A DNA stretch of 64,000 nt, taken from the NCBI GenBank assembly GCA_965247115.1, contig CBDFGR010000003.1, forward strand, positions 128,001 through 192,000, read 5' to 3'. This DNA is from Myxococcota bacterium. GTDB lineage: Bacteria > Myxococcota_A > UBA9160 > SZUA-336. Shown piece by piece: positions 9,231-19,911 of the stretch; the first letter of the stretch is position 1; every line of letters begins with the position of its first letter. The notes under the pieces are model-generated. The model did not search any database, was not told the origin of the DNA, and was given only the letters and a program-made list of their open reading frames with translations. The position numbers and the translations under genes were made by a program.

Positions 9231-10313
9231 TTACGCGAAGCTGTCCCACTCCCCGCACTGGGGGCAGCGCCAGTGGAGGTTCGAGTCCTGAGTACCGCAG
9301 GCGCTGCACTGAAGGGTCGGGGGTTCGCGCGGGAGGAACTCGAGCAGCCGCCCGACGGCTTCGATCGCTTCCTTGTCTCGATTCTCTGCGAGGAGTGTGC
9401 GCGTCATCTCGGCGTGCGCGGGCAGGAAGCCCGGCTCCTGATCGAGAAGTCGATCCAGTGTCGCCAGGCTGTCGGTGACCCGCTCCTGCTCGATGAGCAC
9501 CCGGGCGAGCCAGAGGCTCGCATCCGCGTCCGCTGCCGCGGTTGCGATGCGCTGCACCAACAGGGTCTCGAAGCCTTGCAAATCGTCCGTGCTCTTGAAC
9601 GCGTCCCATAGGCGCGGGTACGCCTCCAAACCAACCGCGGGATGCAGGTCGAGAACGCGGCGCCAGTGACCGATCGACCTCTTCGGCTTCCCCTCGCGCA
9701 AGCACTGATCGCCCAGAGCGAGGTACGCCTCCGAACAGCTCTTGTCGTGTCCGAGTGCGCGACGGAACGCTTTTCTCGCCTCGCTCTCACTCGACTCTGC
9801 CGCACGCCGACGTCCGAGCCCGGTCCACAGATGCGCCAGGATGCTCGGCGTGCCCGGCTCGCGCGACCCGATCCGCTTGCGGATGCGGATGGCCTCCTCC
9901 CACTCGCCGCCATCGACCCGAATACGCTCGAGCTCGCGCAGGGCTTGGATGTTGTGCGGCTCGACTTCGAGCAGCTCCTCGAAGGATGAGGCCGCGCGCT
10001 TCAGGAACCCGCCGCTGCGAAAGTCCAGAGCCAATCCGAGGAGCGCCTCTTCACGCAGCTCCTTCGGGAGGTCTTGCCGCAGCAGCAGATTCTGGTGGAC
10101 CTGGATGGCTCGGCCAACGTCACCGCGCGCCCGATACAGATTCGCCAGCGCCATGTATACGTCGGACGACGAGGAGTCGACGCGACCCGCCTCGGCGAGC
10201 GCCAGCTCCGCAGCACTGAGATCCCCGGCAAGCACGTAGTGCAGCGCCAGCCGCATCTGAGCCGTCGCGCTGGCAGGCGGTCCTTCGGGCCGCCTGCGTC
10301 GGAGCCAGCGCAC
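9231..10313 (-). CDS. lapB: LPS assembly protein B (TPR repeats + rubredoxin-like Zn finger)
   Basis: LYRARGDVGRAIQVHQNL, ALDFRSGGFLKRA, C-terminal CSACG...WRCPQCGEW; next to lapA. GTG start at 10313. Confidence 0.88.
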   Translation of the reverse strand: MRWLRRRRPEGPPASATAQMRLALHYVLAGDLSAAELALAEAGRVDSSSSDVYMALANLYRARGDVGRAIQVHQNLLLRQDLPKELREEALLGLALDFRSGGFLKRAASSFEELLEVEPHNIQALRELERIRVDGGEWEEAIRIRKRIGSREPGTPSILAHLWTGLGRRRAAESSESEARKAFRRALGHDKSCSEAYLALGDQCLREGKPKRSIGHWRRVLDLHPAVGLEAYPRLWDAFKSTDDLQGFETLLVQRIATAAADADASLWLARVLIEQERVTDSLATLDRLLDQEPGFLPAHAEMTRTLLAENRDKEAIEAVGRLLEFLPREPPTLQCSACGTQDSNLHWRCPQCGEWDSFA

Positions 10314-10317
10314 GGGC

Positions 10318-10641
10318 TCAGCTCTCCTGCGCCTGCCGCTCCGGCGTCTCCTCCGAGAGGGGTAGGGTGCGGAGTCCGTGAAGCTCCTGCTCGAGCTCGT
10401 CGATGTTGCGTGCCTGTCTGCGGACGCGCAGCCTCGTTCGAAGCAACGGCCAGGAGAGGAAGCCCACCGCAAGCGCCGCTCCCACGATGGCAGAGCTGAA
10501 CAGTGCCATCCAGACCGGGACCTCGGTAGGACGGGCGATCAACAGGTTGATCTCCGGGATTCGGCCGGTGTTCTGATACGCGAACCACCCCACGACAGAA
10601 ACGAGCGCTAGAGCGGCGACCGCGGTGAGCGCCTGTCTCAT
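10318..10641 (-). CDS. lapA: LPS assembly protein A family
   Basis: FAYQN motif, two TM segments plus coiled coil; position in the ihfB-lapA-lapB order. Confidence 0.8.
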   Translation of the reverse strand: MRQALTAVAALALVSVVGWFAYQNTGRIPEINLLIARPTEVPVWMALFSSAIVGAALAVGFLSWPLLRTRLRVRRQARNIDELEQELHGLRTLPLSEETPERQAQES

Positions 10642-11129
10642 GGTAGCTCCCGGAACCGCTCGGAGAGCTCCGCGTAGATGTGCTCGATGTGCGTAGGGAT
10701 GACTCGGATCTCACCCACGACAGTCATGAAGTTGTGATCTCCGCTCCAGCGTGGGACCACGTGAAAGTGGAGATGATCCTCGAAGCCAGCGCCTCCTGCA
10801 CGGCCGATGTTCGCGCCAATGTTGAGCCCGTCGCACCCGTAGTGCGCTCGCAGGAGTCCGGCAGAAGCGGAAATCCGGGACATCAGATCCTGCTGCGTCT
10901 CGCTGTCGAGCTCCTCGACCAGGCCCACATGCTCATAGGGGGCCACCATGACGTGTCCAGGCGAGTACGGGAAACGATTGAGGAGCACGAAGACGCGCTC
11001 GGATCGAAGCAGTATGAGGCGCTCCGCATCGGAAACGGGCTCGGCGGGCTCACAGAAGATGCAGGCCCGAGCCTGGTCCACACCCTCGATGTATTGCATC
11101 CGCCAGGGAGCCCAGAGGGGGCCCTCCAC
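10638..11129 (-). CDS. HIT family nucleotide hydrolase (Ap4A phosphorylase-like)
   Basis: LWAPWRMQYI, CIFC, LNRFPYSPGH, HLHFHVVPRW triad; GTG start at 11129. Confidence 0.9.
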   Translation of the reverse strand: MEGPLWAPWRMQYIEGVDQARACIFCEPAEPVSDAERLILLRSERVFVLLNRFPYSPGHVMVAPYEHVGLVEELDSETQQDLMSRISASAGLLRAHYGCDGLNIGANIGRAGGAGFEDHLHFHVVPRWSGDHNFMTVVGEIRVIPTHIEHIYAELSERFRELP

Positions 11130-11130
11130 G

Positions 11131-11484
11131 TCAGCGGACCTCCGAGGACCCCGCGGCCGGCTGCGCGCCGCCTCCGACGCCCTGGTCCGTAAGCTCCCGC
11201 TTGCGACGCTCCTCGATCCGCTCCTTGAGCTCTTTGCCCACCTTGAAGAACGGGGCCCGTTTGGCGGGGATCCTGACCTCGTCACCAGTCTTCGGGTTCC
11301 GTCCCTCCCTGGCCTCGCGGATCTTCACCTGAAAACTGCCAAAGCCTCGAATCTCGATGCGATCCCCTTGCTTCAATGACTCCGTCATGCTGTCGAAGAT
11401 GGTGTTGACGACCGTCTCCGTATCCTTCTTTGAGATATGTGGCAGCCGTTGGGCAACCCGCTCGATCAGATCACTTTTCGTCAT
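11131..11484 (-). CDS. ihfB: Integration host factor beta subunit
   Basis: MTKSDLI...IEIRGFGSF...GRNPKTG...PFFKVGKELKER; follows rpsA. Confidence 0.93.
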   Translation of the reverse strand: MTKSDLIERVAQRLPHISKKDTETVVNTIFDSMTESLKQGDRIEIRGFGSFQVKIREAREGRNPKTGDEVRIPAKRAPFFKVGKELKERIEERRKRELTDQGVGGGAQPAAGSSEVR

Positions 11485-11526
11485 ACGAAAGAGCTCCCCC
11501 CGTGTCCCTCCGCTGCTTCTCGCGGC

Positions 11527-13305
11527 TCAGTCGTCCTCGGAGGACGGGCCTCGTCCTCCCAGCCTGTCGCGTGCCTCTCGCGAGAGCAGGTCACCGAGCG
11601 TCGCGCTCTGAGAACGCGACTGCGCGGCCACACGATCGATGGCCTTGCGCTCCTCTCGGTCGTGGATGGCGCGCATCGACAGCGCGATCTTCTGCTCCGA
11701 AGGGTCGATGCGAACCACAAGGGCCTCCACCTCGTCTCCCTCTTTGACCACCTCGCGGATGTTCTCCACGTCCTTACCCACTTCCGACGAATAGACCAGG
11801 CCCTCGATCCCCTCCTCGACCTCCACGAAGACTCCGAAGTCGGCGATGCTCGTCACCTTGCCGGTGATCTTGCTGCCGATCGGGAACTTCTCCGGAATAT
11901 CGTCCCAGGGATTGCGTAGCGTCTGCTTGACGCCGAGTGAGAACTTCTCGTTCTCCTTGTCGACCTTGAGAACGACCGCCTCGACCTCATCGCCCTTCTT
12001 GTAGAGCTCCTTCGGGTCGCGGATCTTCTGCGTCCACGAGATGTCGGACACGTGAATCAGGCCGTCGATCCCGTCCTCGATGCCGACGAAGACACCAAAA
12101 TTCGTCACGTTGCGGACGACGCCCTTGACCTTGGTTCCCGGCGGGTAGCGGTCTTCCAGCAGGGACCATGGATTCGGCTCGATCTGCTTCATGCCGAGCG
12201 AGATCTTGCGGCTCTCCTCGTCCACGTCGAGCACGATCACGTCGACCTCGTCGCTGATAGCGACGACTTTGGACGGGTGTTTGACACGCTTGGTCCAGCT
12301 CATCTCCGAGATATGGATCAGGCCCTCGATGCCCGGCTCGAGCTCCACGAACGCGCCGTAATCGGCCAACGAGACAACCGACCCGTGGATGCGCAGGCCG
12401 ATCGGATAGCGGGACCCGACATCGATCCACGGATCGGGCAGGGTCTGCTTCAGACCGAGGCTGACACGCTCGCTGTCTCTGTCGTACTTGAGGACACGAA
12501 CCCGAACCTGGTCGCCCACCTGGAAGAGCTCCGAAGGGTGAGCGATGCGACCCCAGGACATGTCCGTGATGTGCAGGAGGCCATCGATGCCGCCGAGATC
12601 GATGAACGCACCGTAGTCGGTGATGTTCTTGACGATGCCCTCGACAACCAGGCCCTCCTTGAGAATCTCGAGCGTTCGCTCGCGCAACGACTGACGTTCG
12701 GTCTCGAGCAGCGCCCGACGCGACAGGACGATGTTCCCGCGCCTCTTGTTGAACTTGATGATCTTGAACTTGTGCTGCTCGCCGATGATGCGGTCCAGAT
12801 TCCGCACTGGCCGCAGATCGACCTGGCTTCCAGGCAGGAAGGCCTTCACGCCCTTGAGACCGACGGACAGGCCGCCCTTGACGCGGCCGGTGATGAGGCC
12901 CTCGACGACTTCGCCCTGCTCGTACGCGTCCGATAGCTGGTCCCAGACGCGGAGCCGATCCGCCTTCTCCTTGGAGAGGACGATGACTCCATCATCCGTC
13001 TCCATGGTCTCGACGAGCACCTCTACCGTCTGGCCCGGCTCTATGCGTGCGACGCCGCTCTGGTCCGCAAACTCCCAGGTGGCGATCCTGCCCTCGGACT
13101 TGCAACCGACGTCGATCAGGACGAACTCGGGATCGGCGGTGAGGACGGTGCCCTCCACGACGTCCCCCTCTTTGATCATCTTCGCCGTGCCCTCGAAGAG
13201 CGCCGCGAAGCTCTCCTCCTCGGGAGCCCCAGCAACGGCGGCAGCCGCAGGAGCGGCGGGAGCCAGTTCGGCTTCAGGTTCTGTGGTCTGTGCTTCTTCC
13301 GACAT
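11527..13305 (-). CDS. rpsA: 30S ribosomal protein S1
   Basis: Six S1 repeats (AFLPGSQVD, YGAFIDLGGIDGLLH, EGLIHISEMSW). Confidence 0.97.
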   Translation of the reverse strand: MSEEAQTTEPEAELAPAAPAAAAVAGAPEEESFAALFEGTAKMIKEGDVVEGTVLTADPEFVLIDVGCKSEGRIATWEFADQSGVARIEPGQTVEVLVETMETDDGVIVLSKEKADRLRVWDQLSDAYEQGEVVEGLITGRVKGGLSVGLKGVKAFLPGSQVDLRPVRNLDRIIGEQHKFKIIKFNKRRGNIVLSRRALLETERQSLRERTLEILKEGLVVEGIVKNITDYGAFIDLGGIDGLLHITDMSWGRIAHPSELFQVGDQVRVRVLKYDRDSERVSLGLKQTLPDPWIDVGSRYPIGLRIHGSVVSLADYGAFVELEPGIEGLIHISEMSWTKRVKHPSKVVAISDEVDVIVLDVDEESRKISLGMKQIEPNPWSLLEDRYPPGTKVKGVVRNVTNFGVFVGIEDGIDGLIHVSDISWTQKIRDPKELYKKGDEVEAVVLKVDKENEKFSLGVKQTLRNPWDDIPEKFPIGSKITGKVTSIADFGVFVEVEEGIEGLVYSSEVGKDVENIREVVKEGDEVEALVVRIDPSEQKIALSMRAIHDREERKAIDRVAAQSRSQSATLGDLLSREARDRLGGRGPSSEDD

Positions 13306-13315
13306 GTGGGCTTAT

Positions 13316-14155
13316 TCAGTCTCCAGTTCGCTCGACGTTTAGTGCCCTCGCCTGGGCGTGTTCCAGCTCATCTTCCAGCGCTGCTCGATCTCCGTGCTGC
13401 AACGCATCTGAAATTCTGTGGAGATCCTCTTCGAATCGGCCAATCTGTTCGGCCACCCTGTAACGGTTCCTGAGCAGAATCTCACACCACAGCTCGGGGT
13501 TGGCTCGAGCTATGCGAATGAAATCACGCAGTCCGGGACCCGCCAACCGCAAGACGTCCTGATCGGGCAGACCCCGCGCGAAGGCAAAGGCAATCACGTG
13601 CGGGGCGTGAGAGAGAACTGCGGTGATGGCGTCGTGCTCCTCCGGGGCTCTGCGAACCGTAACTGCGCCAAGACACTGCCAGAATTCGTCGATGCGGTCC
13701 ACTACTTCGGCCGCTTCGTGGCCTTCGGGAGTGAGGATGCAGGGCGCCCCGACGAACAGATCGGCCCGGGCTCGCGCGAAACCGGTCTGGTGGCCTCCCG
13801 CCATTGGGTGTGCACCCACACAGTTCTCGGGATTCGGTAGGATTCTTCTCGCCATCTCCGCCATCGGAGCCTTCACGCTGGCGAGATCTGTGATGAGTGT
13901 GTCGGGCCGGAGATGGGGGACCAACCCCTTGAGTACGCTCTCCATCGCCTCGATCGGGACGGCGAGCAGCAGACCGTCCGCCCAGCGTCCGGCTTCGGCC
14001 AGCGAGACCAGCTCGATCTCGCCAGCATCCGCGAGATTGGGGTCGACTCCTCGTACCTCGTCCGCCGCGCCCCGGTCTCGCGCCGCCAACGCCGCCGAGC
14101 CCCCCAGCAGTCCCAACCCTATGACGGCGAGGCGAGAGAACCCGGGGACGCTCAC
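13316..14155 (-). CDS. tyrA: Prephenate/arogenate dehydrogenase
   Basis: GLGLLGGS, TDLASVK, HPMAG, EEHD...SHAPH, GLRDFIRIA. Confidence 0.92.
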   Translation of the reverse strand: MSVPGFSRLAVIGLGLLGGSAALAARDRGAADEVRGVDPNLADAGEIELVSLAEAGRWADGLLLAVPIEAMESVLKGLVPHLRPDTLITDLASVKAPMAEMARRILPNPENCVGAHPMAGGHQTGFARARADLFVGAPCILTPEGHEAAEVVDRIDEFWQCLGAVTVRRAPEEHDAITAVLSHAPHVIAFAFARGLPDQDVLRLAGPGLRDFIRIARANPELWCEILLRNRYRVAEQIGRFEEDLHRISDALQHGDRAALEDELEHAQARALNVERTGD

Positions 14156-15270
14156 CCCCGGAGCTCGTCGGCCAGCGCCGCCAGGAAACGCTCGTTCTCC
14201 TCGGGAAGTCCCACCGTCACCCGCAGGTGTTGTGGTAACCCGAAGCCAGCCATGGCTCGGGTGATCACGCCGCGCCGCAAGAGGCCCTCGTACAGTGGAG
14301 CCGCCTCCCGGCCGGCGTCGACGAGCAGGAAGTTCGCGTCGCTCGGTGCGACCCCCAGGCCGAGTGCCTGCAAGCCAGCTTCGAGCTGGGACAGGCCCTT
14401 GTGTGTCAGGTCCCGCACCCTGCGCACGTGCTCACGATCCTGGAGGGCGCCGCGCGCGGCGGCCTGGGCCAGGCTGCTGACGTTGAACGGGTGTCGCGCC
14501 CGCGCCAGGTAGCCGATCAGCTCGGGATCACCGATTCCGTAGCCGACGCGAAGTCCTGCCAGCCCATAGACCTTGGAGAACGTGCGCAGCACGACCAGAG
14601 TCGGTCGCCCGGACAACGCGGCCACACTGTCGGGAAAGTCCGGCCGGCGCACGTATTCCAGGTACGCCTCGTCGGCAACGAGAACGACCCGCTCCGGCAG
14701 CTCGGCAAGCAGGGTCCGGAACGCCTCCGCCCCGATCGACGTCCCCGTCGGGTTGTTCGGGTTGGCCAGAAACAGGAGACGCGTTCGTTCCGTGACGGCT
14801 TCCAGAAGCGCAGCGACGTCGGCGCGCAGCTCGGCGTCGAGCGGCACCTGGATCGCAGTCCCGGCGACGCTTTGCGTGACGATCGGGTACATGGCAAAGC
14901 TCGGCCAAGGAAAGACGGCCTCGTCTCCCGGCCCGAGCAGGCACTTTGCGAGCAGCTCGAGAATTCCGTCGGAGCCTGTACCGAAGATCAGGCTCTCGCC
15001 TGCGATGCCCAGGCTCTCGGCCAGCTCCCCCCGCAGGTAATGACAGGAGTCCTCCGGATAGCGGTTGATGTCTTCGGCCGCGGAGAACATCGACTGCATG
15101 GCAAGGGCAGAGGGGCCGAGCGGACACTCGTTTGAGGCCAGCTTGATCGACTCGCGGATCCCGAGCTCACGCTCGAGCTCCTCGATCGGCTTGCCGGGGG
15201 AGTACGGCTCGAGGTCGCGGATGTGCGGGTTGACGAGCTCGCGCAGCTTCAGCTTCCGCTTCAGCGTCAT
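14152..15270 (-). CDS. hisC: Histidinol-phosphate aminotransferase
   Basis: KLASNE, NPNNPTG, DEAY, RTFSKVYGLAGLRVG. Confidence 0.95.
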   Translation of the reverse strand: MTLKRKLKLRELVNPHIRDLEPYSPGKPIEELERELGIRESIKLASNECPLGPSALAMQSMFSAAEDINRYPEDSCHYLRGELAESLGIAGESLIFGTGSDGILELLAKCLLGPGDEAVFPWPSFAMYPIVTQSVAGTAIQVPLDAELRADVAALLEAVTERTRLLFLANPNNPTGTSIGAEAFRTLLAELPERVVLVADEAYLEYVRRPDFPDSVAALSGRPTLVVLRTFSKVYGLAGLRVGYGIGDPELIGYLARARHPFNVSSLAQAAARGALQDREHVRRVRDLTHKGLSQLEAGLQALGLGVAPSDANFLLVDAGREAAPLYEGLLRRGVITRAMAGFGLPQHLRVTVGLPEENERFLAALADELRG

Positions 15271-16358
15271 CCCGAGCCCTCAGCCTCCGGGTAGCTGCCG
15301 AGCACCTTCACAAAGTCACAGCGAGGTCGGAGCTGCTCGATAGCCTTCGCGACGTCGGGCTCCTCGACGTGTCCCTCGAAGTCACAGAAGAAGACGTATT
15401 CCCAGGCACGGGCGCGGGTGGGCCGCGACTCGATTCGGGTCAGGTTCACGCTGTTCTCTGCGAAAGGTTGCAGAGCCTTGTAGAGCGCGCCCACCTGGTC
15501 GCGCTTGATCGAGAACAGGAGCGACGTGATGTCGCGCGAGCTCCGCAACGGGGGCTGCTTGCCGATCACGAGAAAGCGCGTCGTGTTCTCGGAATGGTCC
15601 TCGAGGCCCGAGCGAACGACGCGCAGCCCATAGAGCTCGGCAGCGATCGGGCTCGCGATCGCTGCCGCACGCTCTTCACTCGTCACGCGCTCCGCTGCCT
15701 GTGCGGTGGAGTGAGTGGAGTGCTGTGGCACGTTCGGAAGGTTGAGCTCGAGCCAGCTGCGGCACTGGGCGAGCGCCTGAGGGTGCGAGTACACGACCTC
15801 GATCCGACTCTCGTCGCCGCTCTTCGAGAGCAGGTCGTAATGGACGGCGACGTGGACCTCGGCACAGATCGTGAGCGGCGAGTCGACGAAGAGGTCGAGC
15901 GTGTGGCTGACCACGCCTTCGTTCGAGTTCTCGATGGGTACCACGCCGTACTCCGCGCCACCCGCCTCGACGGAGTCGAAGATCTCCCGGGTCGTCGAGA
16001 CCGGCACCAGATCCGCCATCTGTCCGAACTGCTGAATGGCAGCCTGCTGCGTGTACGTCGCGGGAGGTCCCAGGTACGCAACACTCACGCCGCGCTGAAG
16101 CGAGATCGAGGCGGAAATGATCTCGCGGAATACGTTCCGAATGGCGTCTTTGGGAAACGGACCGCGGTTCCTCGCCTCCAGGCGCTCGAAGATCTCGAGC
16201 TCCCGCCCCGGCACGAAAGGCGTAGAGCCGCTTGTGGCCTTGAGCTTCCCGATCTCCGCGTTGCAGCTGGCGCGATCGTTCAGCAGGTCCAGGATCTGGT
16301 CGTCGTGCGCGTCGATGCGAGCGCGCAAGGCGGCGATCTCTTTGTCCCTCTCCGTCAT
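15267..16358 (-). CDS. pheA: Chorismate mutase/prephenate dehydratase (P-protein)
   Basis: N-terminal CM domain (LRARIDAHD), VPIENSNEG, SHPQALAQC, NTTRF, ACT domain (LTRIESRP); ATG at 16358. Confidence 0.95.
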   Translation of the reverse strand: MTERDKEIAALRARIDAHDDQILDLLNDRASCNAEIGKLKATSGSTPFVPGRELEIFERLEARNRGPFPKDAIRNVFREIISASISLQRGVSVAYLGPPATYTQQAAIQQFGQMADLVPVSTTREIFDSVEAGGAEYGVVPIENSNEGVVSHTLDLFVDSPLTICAEVHVAVHYDLLSKSGDESRIEVVYSHPQALAQCRSWLELNLPNVPQHSTHSTAQAAERVTSEERAAAIASPIAAELYGLRVVRSGLEDHSENTTRFLVIGKQPPLRSSRDITSLLFSIKRDQVGALYKALQPFAENSVNLTRIESRPTRARAWEYVFFCDFEGHVEEPDVAKAIEQLRPRCDFVKVLGSYPEAEGSG

Positions 16359-16375
16359 TCCAGGCTGTTCTCCCA

Positions 16376-16420
16376 GTCTTGCGGGTCCCGGCGGTTGAGC
16401 GGTCGCGCGGCGCTCGCTGG
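16376..16420 (+). repeat. Partial, degenerate copy of the ~95-bp structured repeat
   Basis: GTCTTGCGGGTCCCGGCGGTTGAGCGGTCGCGCG matches the 5' part of the copy at 45891. Confidence 0.6.
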
Positions 16421-16553
16421 CCCGAAGTCGGCGCGAGGCGCGCGAAGCCGGAGCGAAACGCGCGAAGCCGGCGCGACTATACCCCAGGGGCACATCGGTG
16501 CCAACTCGTTCGCAGGAATTTCTTTAGCAAAGACGGACTGTTAGGAGGTTGCG

Positions 16554-17348
16554 TCAGTGCAGTGCCGCCGCCAGACCCGACACGAACTCGGTCGCTGCAG
16601 AGACGGCAGCCGAGCGGCTGGTGGCCGCACCGATGCGACTGACGAGGGCGCTTCCGACAATCACGCCGTCTGCCAGACGACCCACCGCAGCCGCGTGCTC
16701 TGGTGTGGAGATTCCAAAGCCGACACAGACTGGAGTCGCGGTCACACGCTTGATGCGGCCCACGAGCAGCGACAGGTCGCTCGGCAGCTCGGCACGCTCG
16801 CCGGTTACGCCCGTCGTCGACACACAGTAGACGAAGCCTCGGCTGCGGGCGGAGATCTGCACGGTGCGCTCGGGGGTGCTCGTCGGCGCGACCATGAGGA
16901 TGCGGTGCACGCTGTGCGCGTCGCAGGCGCTCTGCAGCGCGGGCGCCTCTTCGTAGGGCGCGTCGGCCACGATCAGGCCGTCGACCTGCGCGGCGGCGCA
17001 GTCCCGAGCGAAGCGTTCCTCACCTCGCGCGAGCACGTTGTTCAGATAGCCCATCAAGATGAGCGGCGCGTCGCTTACCTCGCGCGCCGAGCTGCAAAGC
17101 TCCAGTACCTGGTCCAGGTTTGTCCCCTGCTCGAGCGAGCGGAACGAGGCGCCCTGAATGGTCGGACCCTCGGCGATGGGATCGCTGTGCGGCACTCCGA
17201 TCTCGATGATGTCCGCACCCGCGGCGAACAGCTCGGGGATTAGGTCGGCGGTGGTCGCGATGTCGGGGTCTGCGGCCGTGATGAACAGGATCAACGCCGC
17301 GCGGCCCTCGGCACGGGTCTCGGCCAGTACGCGGTCAATCCGGTTCAT
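16554..17348 (-). CDS. trpA: Tryptophan synthase alpha chain
   Basis: [41 protein letters not shown]. Confidence 0.96.
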   Translation of the reverse strand: MNRIDRVLAETRAEGRAALILFITAADPDIATTADLIPELFAAGADIIEIGVPHSDPIAEGPTIQGASFRSLEQGTNLDQVLELCSSAREVSDAPLILMGYLNNVLARGEERFARDCAAAQVDGLIVADAPYEEAPALQSACDAHSVHRILMVAPTSTPERTVQISARSRGFVYCVSTTGVTGERAELPSDLSLLVGRIKRVTATPVCVGFGISTPEHAAAVGRLADGVIVGSALVSRIGAATSRSAAVSAATEFVSGLAAALH

Positions 17349-19132
17349 GTCTTCTTTCCCAGCAGGTCACGCGCTTCGGCCGCGTCCTTGTCGCCGCGTC
17401 CCGACAGGTTCAAGACCACGAGGGCGCCCGCAAGCTGCGGTGCTCGCTTGCGCAGCGCGGCAATGGCGTGCGCCGACTCGAAGGCCGGAATGATCCCCTC
17501 CATGCGCGCGAGGTAGACGAATGCGTCCAGAGCTTCGGCATCTGTGGCCGCCACGTACTCGGCGCGACCAGTGTCCTTGTAGTACGCGTGCTCGGGTCCA
17601 ATGCCAGGGTAGTCCAGCCCAGCCGCGATCGAGTGGGCCGGAAAGATCTGCCCCGCGTCATCTTGAAGGACGTACGAACGGCTCCCGTGCAGGACGCCCG
17701 GGCTGCCCGCAGCCAGCGGCGCCCCGTGTCGTCCCTGCGTCAGGCCCTCGCCGCCGGCCTCAACACCGAGCATGCGCACCCCACGATCGTCATAGAACGG
17801 GTGGAACAGGCCGAGGGCGTTGCTACCACCACCGAGACACGCGACCAGCAGATCCGGGAGCCGACCCTCGGCGGCCAGGATCTGCTTGCGCGTCTCCTCT
17901 CCGATTACGGCCTGGAGATCGCGGACGAGTCGCGGATAGGGATGAGGACCGGCGGTCGAGCCGATCAGGTAGTACGTGCTGCGAACGTTGGTCGCCCAGT
18001 CACGCAGGGCCTCGCTCATCGCATCCTTGAGCGTACGGCTGCCGGCTGATACGGGATGCACCGTTGCACCGAGCAGCTCCATGCGAAAGACGTTGAGCGC
18101 CTGGCGACGCATGTCCTCCTCACCCATGTAGACCTCGCAGTCGAGGCCATAGCGCGCACAGGCGGTGGCACTCGCAACGCCGTGCTGTCCTGCGCCGGTC
18201 TCGGCGATCACACGCTGCTTTCCCATCCGTCGAGCGATCAGAGCCTGCCCTATGGCGTTATTGATCTTGTGCGCGCCGGTGTGTGCGAGCTCCTCGCGCT
18301 TCAGGTAGACGCGACAGCCCAGGTCCTCGCTGAGTCGCTCGGCAAGAGTGAGGGGTGTGGGCCGGCCCGCGTAGGTCTGTCGCTCGAGCTGCAGCTCGTC
18401 CCAGAAGCTCTGGTCCTGCGACAGCGCGTCGTAAGTCTCGCTCAGCTGCTCCACCGCGGGAACGAGAGTCTCCGGAACGTAGCGTCCCCCGTACGCGCCG
18501 AAGTATCCGAGCGCGTCCGGACGTCCCACGTCGAGCGGCGCGTGGGCTGCCTTGACGAAGCGGCGCACCTGCTCCGCGGACTTGCGACCCGGCTCCGACT
18601 CGAGCGACGACGAGGCGTCCACCCCGTGGGGCTGGGCTGCTCGCACCGCGGCGGCCACGTTCTCGGCAGACAGGCCACCCGCCAGCCAAACGCGTCGCCC
18701 GCGCGAGACGAGCGACCGGGCGAGCTCGAAGTTCCAGCTCTTTCCGCTTCCACCTCCCCCGGGGTGATCGATGAGGAGATCGGCGGCGGGATAGCGGGCT
18801 GCCTGTGCCTCGAGCGACTCGTCGCCTCGAAGGACCACGATCACGGGATATCGAAGCTTCGCAACGTAGGCCGGGGACTCCTGGCCGTGAAGCTGTACCG
18901 CGTCCAGGCCGACGCTCTCAACGAGCTCCTCGATTCGCTCCGGCGCTGCGTCCTGGAAGACACCCACGCGCAGAACGCGACCAACGGCCAGGCGGCTGAT
19001 CTCGAGAGCGCGCTCCGGGTCGAGCGCGCGCGGCGTTCCCGGGACGAAATTCAGCCCAATCGCGTCGGCCCCCGCCTCGATCGCGGCGCGTGCGTCTTCC
19101 ACGGAAGTCAGGCCACAGATCTTCACCTGCAT
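17345..19132 (-). CDS. trpB: Fused phosphoribosylanthranilate isomerase (TrpF) - tryptophan synthase beta chain (TrpB)
   Basis: N-terminal VKICGLT, VQLHGQE, LAGGL, GVDASS (TrpF), continuing in frame into [43 protein letters not shown] (TrpB). Confidence 0.93.
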   Translation of the reverse strand: MQVKICGLTSVEDARAAIEAGADAIGLNFVPGTPRALDPERALEISRLAVGRVLRVGVFQDAAPERIEELVESVGLDAVQLHGQESPAYVAKLRYPVIVVLRGDESLEAQAARYPAADLLIDHPGGGGSGKSWNFELARSLVSRGRRVWLAGGLSAENVAAAVRAAQPHGVDASSSLESEPGRKSAEQVRRFVKAAHAPLDVGRPDALGYFGAYGGRYVPETLVPAVEQLSETYDALSQDQSFWDELQLERQTYAGRPTPLTLAERLSEDLGCRVYLKREELAHTGAHKINNAIGQALIARRMGKQRVIAETGAGQHGVASATACARYGLDCEVYMGEEDMRRQALNVFRMELLGATVHPVSAGSRTLKDAMSEALRDWATNVRSTYYLIGSTAGPHPYPRLVRDLQAVIGEETRKQILAAEGRLPDLLVACLGGGSNALGLFHPFYDDRGVRMLGVEAGGEGLTQGRHGAPLAAGSPGVLHGSRSYVLQDDAGQIFPAHSIAAGLDYPGIGPEHAYYKDTGRAEYVAATDAEALDAFVYLARMEGIIPAFESAHAIAALRKRAPQLAGALVVLNLSGRGDKDAAEARDLLGKKT

Positions 19133-19911
19133 CAGCCCGTCCCCCGCAGCCTGGCCAGCTCTTCGCCCGGCTCAGGTGCCCGCATCAGCGCCTCGCCGAT
19201 CAGAAACGCCTCGACTCCCTCGGCCTGCAGCGAGCGCAGCGTCGCCGCGCTGTCGAGACCGCTCTCGCTGACCACGCTCCGACCGGCCGTGTGTGGCAAG
19301 AGGGAGCGCGTGACAGCGACGTCGGTGTGGAAGGTCTTGAGGTCGCGGTTGTTGATGCCGAGAATCCCGCCGTCGAGCGCGAGGGCGCGGTCCAGCTCCG
19401 GACGAGAGTGGACCTCGACGAGGACGTCGAGACCGCTCTCGAGGGCCGCGGCAGCGAGCTCGTGCAGGCGGGCGTCGTCGAGCGCCGCGACGATCAACAG
19501 CACGGCATCCGCTCCGGCGGCGCGCGCCTCCAGCACCTGGATCGGGTCGACGGTGAAGTCTTTGCGCAGCACGGGAAGCGTGCAGGCGGCCCGTGCCGCA
19601 CGAAGGTCCGCGAGGCTGCCCTGAAAGAAGTCGGTATCCGTAAGCACGGACAGCGCCGAAGCGCCAGCGTCCTCGTAGGCGGCGGCGATCGCGGCCGGAT
19701 CCGCGGCTGGCCGAATGGCCCCACGCGAGGGCGAGGCTCGCTTGAACTCTGCGATCACGCGAGGCCGCGTGCCGCTGCGCAGCGCCGCGGCGAAGCCGCG
19801 CGCGGGCTCGGCCGAGGAGACCAGCTCGCAGAGCGCCGACTCGCCAACGCTTCGACGCAGAGCGCTCGCCTCTTCTACTTTGCGAGCGAGGATCTCCTCG
19901 ATGATGCTCAC
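19132..19911 (-). CDS. trpC: Indole-3-glycerol phosphate synthase
   Basis: [33 protein letters not shown]. Confidence 0.96.
   Translation of the reverse strand: MSIIEEILARKVEEASALRRSVGESALCELVSSAEPARGFAAALRSGTRPRVIAEFKRASPSRGAIRPAADPAAIAAAYEDAGASALSVLTDTDFFQGSLADLRAARAACTLPVLRKDFTVDPIQVLEARAAGADAVLLIVAALDDARLHELAAAALESGLDVLVEVHSRPELDRALALDGGILGINNRDLKTFHTDVAVTRSLLPHTAGRSVVSESGLDSAATLRSLQAEGVEAFLIGEALMRAPEPGEELARLRGTG

Noticed and set aside
16489..16504. Sigma54-like TGGCAC...GC upstream of pheA
   Set aside because: GG-to-GC spacing is 9 rather than the required 10.
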